Assembly (NCBI GenBank): GCA_965235115.1
Contig: OZ249442.1
Coordinates: 15,748,001-15,812,000 of the forward strand
DNA: 64,000 nt
Reading direction: 5' to 3'
Origin: Laetmonice hystrix
Taxonomy: Eukaryota
Shown here: positions 60,013 through 64,000 of the stretch, piece by piece
Position numbering within the stretch: position 1 is the stretch's first letter
How the letters are laid out: every line of letters starts with the position of its first letter
Notes under the pieces: generated by a model
What the model saw: only the letters and a program-made list of their open reading frames with translations
Databases searched by the model: none
What the model was told of the DNA's origin: nothing
Position numbers and translations under genes: made by a program

Positions 60013-62782
60013 ATGGATACGCACTGCTTCCTCGTTTCCTTTTCGTTCGTCGTTGCTGGAGTTATTTCTGTTTCGGCCGTGGAGCAAGGCTATCAACAGA
60101 GTTCGCGGCACTCCAATACGAGGATTTCGGATTATGGCCTGCGCGGACACCAACGATATGCGCCACGCAGTCCTTACGCGACTGCATATACAGGTTTGCT
60201 TGCCTTGTGGTATTTTCTGTTTTCTTCGAGATATTGTAAATTATGAAGAATAATAACCTTTAGGAGACACAAAAATGTGCATCATAGAAGGAACTAGGCC
60301 CTAAGTGAACATTTAAGTGTAGGCCTAACTGTGTGTAGGCCTGTAGATGTGTCAGTTAGTTATATTATTGTCCAGCCAGGTTTAGGCCTATTTGCAATCA
60401 TGAAGAGCAGATAATATTGTGTTCCAACTTTTGTCCCGAAAGGTTACACAAGAGGGTACTACAACCCGCGGAATGTGATGCTGGCTGCACTAGTCCCCGT
60501 AGAGTTACAGGCGTATCAAAACACCCTTTACGGATCAAGCCCGACGGATTTTAGCCCAGCTGATGCTAAGTTTATTTCTGGAAAACGTTACGAAAAGAAC
60601 CCGTTCATGTATCATAAAGCAAAACACCTTTTTCAATCTGGAAATCGAGCAATCCTACCATTGTCACTCTACCAGTTGAACCCAGATGTAGGCCTATATA
60701 GGCAAGGAACATACCAGTATGGGGGCAACATGCGAACAAATTCGGTTAATGACAAACGGGGTTACAGGAAACCCTTCGAAAATTTAGAGGACCCTCCTAC
60801 GAACGTTCCACTACGGGGGTCCAATGGGTCGAAGCGATACACCGGAAGCTACTTTAACGGAGGAGGAGCCTTGCACTCGAAGATAGGTTACGGAAGCCGT
60901 GCTCGTAGAGCTGACTTGCCGCGGGATGGCTACTATAGCGCAGAATCCGATCTTGGGTTCCGCAGAAACGATTACCCACCACAACACGTCAGTTTGTACG
61001 GTTACACACCTAAACAAGCAGTAGGTTGGTCAGTCAAGCTGTACACCCATGAACAAGGTAGGCCCTACGATGTATTACGCTTTGATTTGCTTCTATACAG
61101 CGTGATTGTCCTGATTTTGCCAAATCTCTCATTCATCACCCTATTTTTGAGTGTATAGTTTTTTTTGACTCACCATGTACCTGTATATTATAATGCAGGT
61201 ATTTCTATGTTCGAATGCTCGAAATGCTTCAAACCCCCTCAGTGCACAAACTGGGCTTTAAACTCTATATTGAAGTTGCTCCAATCGCTCTTTTCGTTTT
61301 CCATGGGGACTAAAAGGCTATAATGAGAGTATACTGCACATTAATTGCCCCAACAATTATCAGGTTAACCTATTGGTCTCCGCCTCATAGTTCCAGTGTC
61401 ACACATGCAAGGCAAAAGTAGGACGGAACTTTGCCTGAATCGTAGCTCAGCTGATGTTTATGAATACGTTGGCATGCATGTTTGGTCCCAAAGTTCAGGA
61501 GAATTGCATGTAAATGCGGGCATGTTAACAATCAAGGGCGTGGAACTTCAAACATTTGCCAATTCTTACCGAATAATATTATTGGAATTAAGAGGTTTTC
61601 TTTACATGTGTATCGTGTTTTGGGCTACTAAAAGAAAACGTAATTATGCCGACGTCATCATAAACCTAGGAAACGGTTGGATACGACTTGTGTTTTTTGG
61701 TTGGTTCCTGTATAGTTCTCTGTGCTAACAAAAATCATGGTGGCAGATTAATATGAGACACACGGACAGAAGCTGATTCATGCCTATGACCCTTCTGAAT
61801 TGAATTGAACGTTGGGATCTGTCGTGACATTTAAATTTGTCCCGGTGTACGGAAAGTGCATAATTATAATTATGGTTCTTAAATTGGCATTTTCCGGGTC
61901 AGACACATGCTTTGATTTATATTACAATGATAAACACAGAGAATTAGAAACCCGAGGCACCGTGTGAAATAAAACACACTTATACGTATGTTATGGTCCA
62001 CCTATATGTTTACAACCCCCCCCCCCCCATGCATGTCTGCTATAGGGGCCTGTACATGGACAGTTGGTTTAGGATACGCTATCGTGGTTGCTGAATCCCA
62101 TTATCTCAAGTATGGGGAAATGAATTATATTCAGCAGGCACTGTGTAAAGTGCCACATTTGAAGATCTTAATAGATATTAATTGCAAATTATTTTCAAAT
62201 TATATCCATCAAATACAAATACAAATCACGATAATACAGTGATACTCCGTGAGCAATAATAATATTGTTGCCTTGTGATACAGAAAGGTTTCCTTCCCTC
62301 AAAATGTCATTACGAGAGACAAAAACTATTGTGTACTGTTTTGTCTTGCTGGTCTCCCCTGAGGGACCCCGTGGCGTCTTACCTTGGGACGTTTCCCTGA
62401 GCTGCCCTTAGAAAAGAAACCATTAAAGAATAATATTGTTGCCTTGTGATACAGAGACGGTAACAAATCTTTTGTGGACAACTTCTGTGTCCCTAAAAAA
62501 ACATGCCTTATATAAAATGATGATAACGTTATTGTCTTCGATTGGCTATACCTTTCAGCTTGCCGACGGCTGGGGCTGTACCTGAGGGACCCGGACGACC
62601 GCTGTTCCTACTACCGTTGTATGTACGGCGACCAGCCCATGAAAAGGGACGGCTCCGTGTGGGTGGTAGCCCGGAGAATGAGCTGCCCACCCGGAACCTC
62701 GGTCCCCTACAACTACAGCGGAGGACAGGCCGCCCCCTGTACCGTCTCCGACAACTTCTGTCTACACAAGGTGCACCTGTAG
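60013..62782 (+). CDS. Secreted Tyr/Gly-rich protein with dibasic sites and a C-terminal six-Cys chitin-binding type-2-like domain: join(60013..60193, 60443..61057, 62559..62782), 339 aa
   Basis: Signal-like MDTHCFLVSFSFVVAGVISVSA; donor G|GTTTGC; acceptor TTTTGTCCCGAAAG|; 615-nt open exon; donor AAG|GTAGGC; acceptor CCTTTCAG|; exon 3 CRRLGLYLRDPDDRCSYYRC...MSCPPGTSVPYNYSGGQAAPCTVSDNFC with GC-rich third positions. All junctions are phase 1 and the total is 1020 nt. The stop at 62782 is less certain because a weak donor AAG|GTGCAC exists at 62770. Confidence 0.72.
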
Positions 62783-63794
62783 GTGGCGTGCACTGGTGGG
62801 CATGCATGACCGGCGCTAGCTATAGACAGAACCCCAGGTTAGACCGAAGCTATCAGGAAGGGGGTGGCGCCCCCTGTCAAAACTCTGTGGAACCTCTGTA
62901 CTCGTACCCTGTTGAATTTTACCTCACACACGCACCGAGTGAGAATTTTCTGTCTACGGCCCTGGTCTGGTATATAGGGTCACGAGGAGTTGGGTTGGAC
63001 ATGGCCCATGAAATAATCCAGCAATATTATAGTTATGTATAACCATGGTATAACTATATTATAGCATCGCGAACCCGATCCCGACGACCCCCCCCCCCCA
63101 CCCCCACCTCGACACAACCCCATCATCCCAGTACAAGATCCTCCTGATGACGACAAATGATTAAGCATGCCCTTTTATATAGAATATAAGGGGTTTTTAA
63201 TATAAGTTTTACTCATTATTATATAGAGTAGACCTATTGCAAGGTGTGTACATAGTCACCATATAACACCGCCATTGTGATCTTTAATGTCGACCTTGCG
63301 GTTATTACATCAACACTGCCGCACGAGTCTCGGTGTCCTTACGTCTGCAGTCCAGGAAGGGTCAGCCAGCCGTGTCGCCAAGTTATATATAAGTCTAGAC
63401 AATATCGCTGTCATTAAAACATATTTATTAAATTTTCCCATTTTACTTTTTATCACGTAATAACTTTCAACACCATCAAAACATGAATAGACACAGCAAT
63501 GCATTGTGATTATGATGGTACAATATAATGTACCAGAATTTGGTTTACATGTGACGTATTCAACTCAATCTAGGATTTCACACTGTTAATAGATTGGTTT
63601 ACGGTTTAATCACATAATTATTACTATGGGTTACTCCATATTATATTATGGTTCATCATTGGTTTATTAGAAACATTCTTTATCATAAACATTAAATTCT
63701 TTAATGCTAGCGCATTACCCGCTCTTAACACTACTAAACATGTTAAATGGTGTGTTTTTCACACACATGTCATGTCTCCTGGTTTATCAACCAC

Positions 63795-63948
63795 CCATCC
63801 ACCGATGGGTCGGACCCATCGGCCAATGGGCCGCGACCCTGGCGCGCCGCGTATCCACCGATGGGTCGCCCATCGGTCGATGGGCGACCCGTTGGCCGAT
63901 CCACCGATGGGTCTGACCCATCGGCCGATGGGCCAGATCGACCGATGG
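63795..63948. repeat. Cluster of short palindromes built from CCGATGGG/CCCATCGG
   Basis: CCGATGGGTC-G-GACCCATCGG (63802-63822), GGGTCGCCCATCG-GT-CGATGGGCGACCC (63863-63890), CCGATGGGTC-T-GACCCATCGG (63904-63924), CCCATCGGCCGATGGG (63917-63932). Confidence 0.85.
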
Positions 63949-64000
63949 CGCGTAACATATAGGTCATACATTGATGAGACCCCCAGATTACCTAATACTT

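Noticed and set aside
62542-63042. 166-aa plus-strand ORF and 92-aa minus-strand ORF at 62529-62807
   Set aside because: They are shadow frames of the Cys-rich exon, whose frame has the splice-phase match, GC-rich third positions and the domain-like pattern.

Overview
This is animal (metazoan, probably marine invertebrate) genomic DNA, not prokaryotic: it has spliced genes, many minisatellites and short non-autonomous DNA transposons. The main gene is TRAPPC8 (minus strand, 53615 to 28851). I reconstructed it by hand as 28 coding exons with consistent phases (4596 nt, 1531 aa); intron 3 carries minor-spliceosome (U12) signals. Facing away from it is a 3-exon plus-strand gene (60013-62782, 339 aa) for a secreted Tyr/Gly-rich protein with several dibasic cleavage sites and a C-terminal six-Cys chitin-binding-like domain. 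A tentative secreted Cys-rich gene (two exons, minus strand) lies in the first 12.4 kb. About ten unrelated tandem arrays occur, and they explain all ORFs over 200 aa in the ORF track except 60475-61158. One array duplicates a TRAPPC8 splice acceptor, and another carries telomere-type CCCTAA/TTAGGG hexamers next to a splice site. Mobile DNA includes a DINE-1/HINE-like Helentron derivative, three C[A/T]GGG-ended elements with 5-bp target duplications, a TA-flanked MITE and a MITE with a 7-bp duplication. I found no CRISPR array, rRNA or tRNA. All coordinates were read by eye and no database searches were run.
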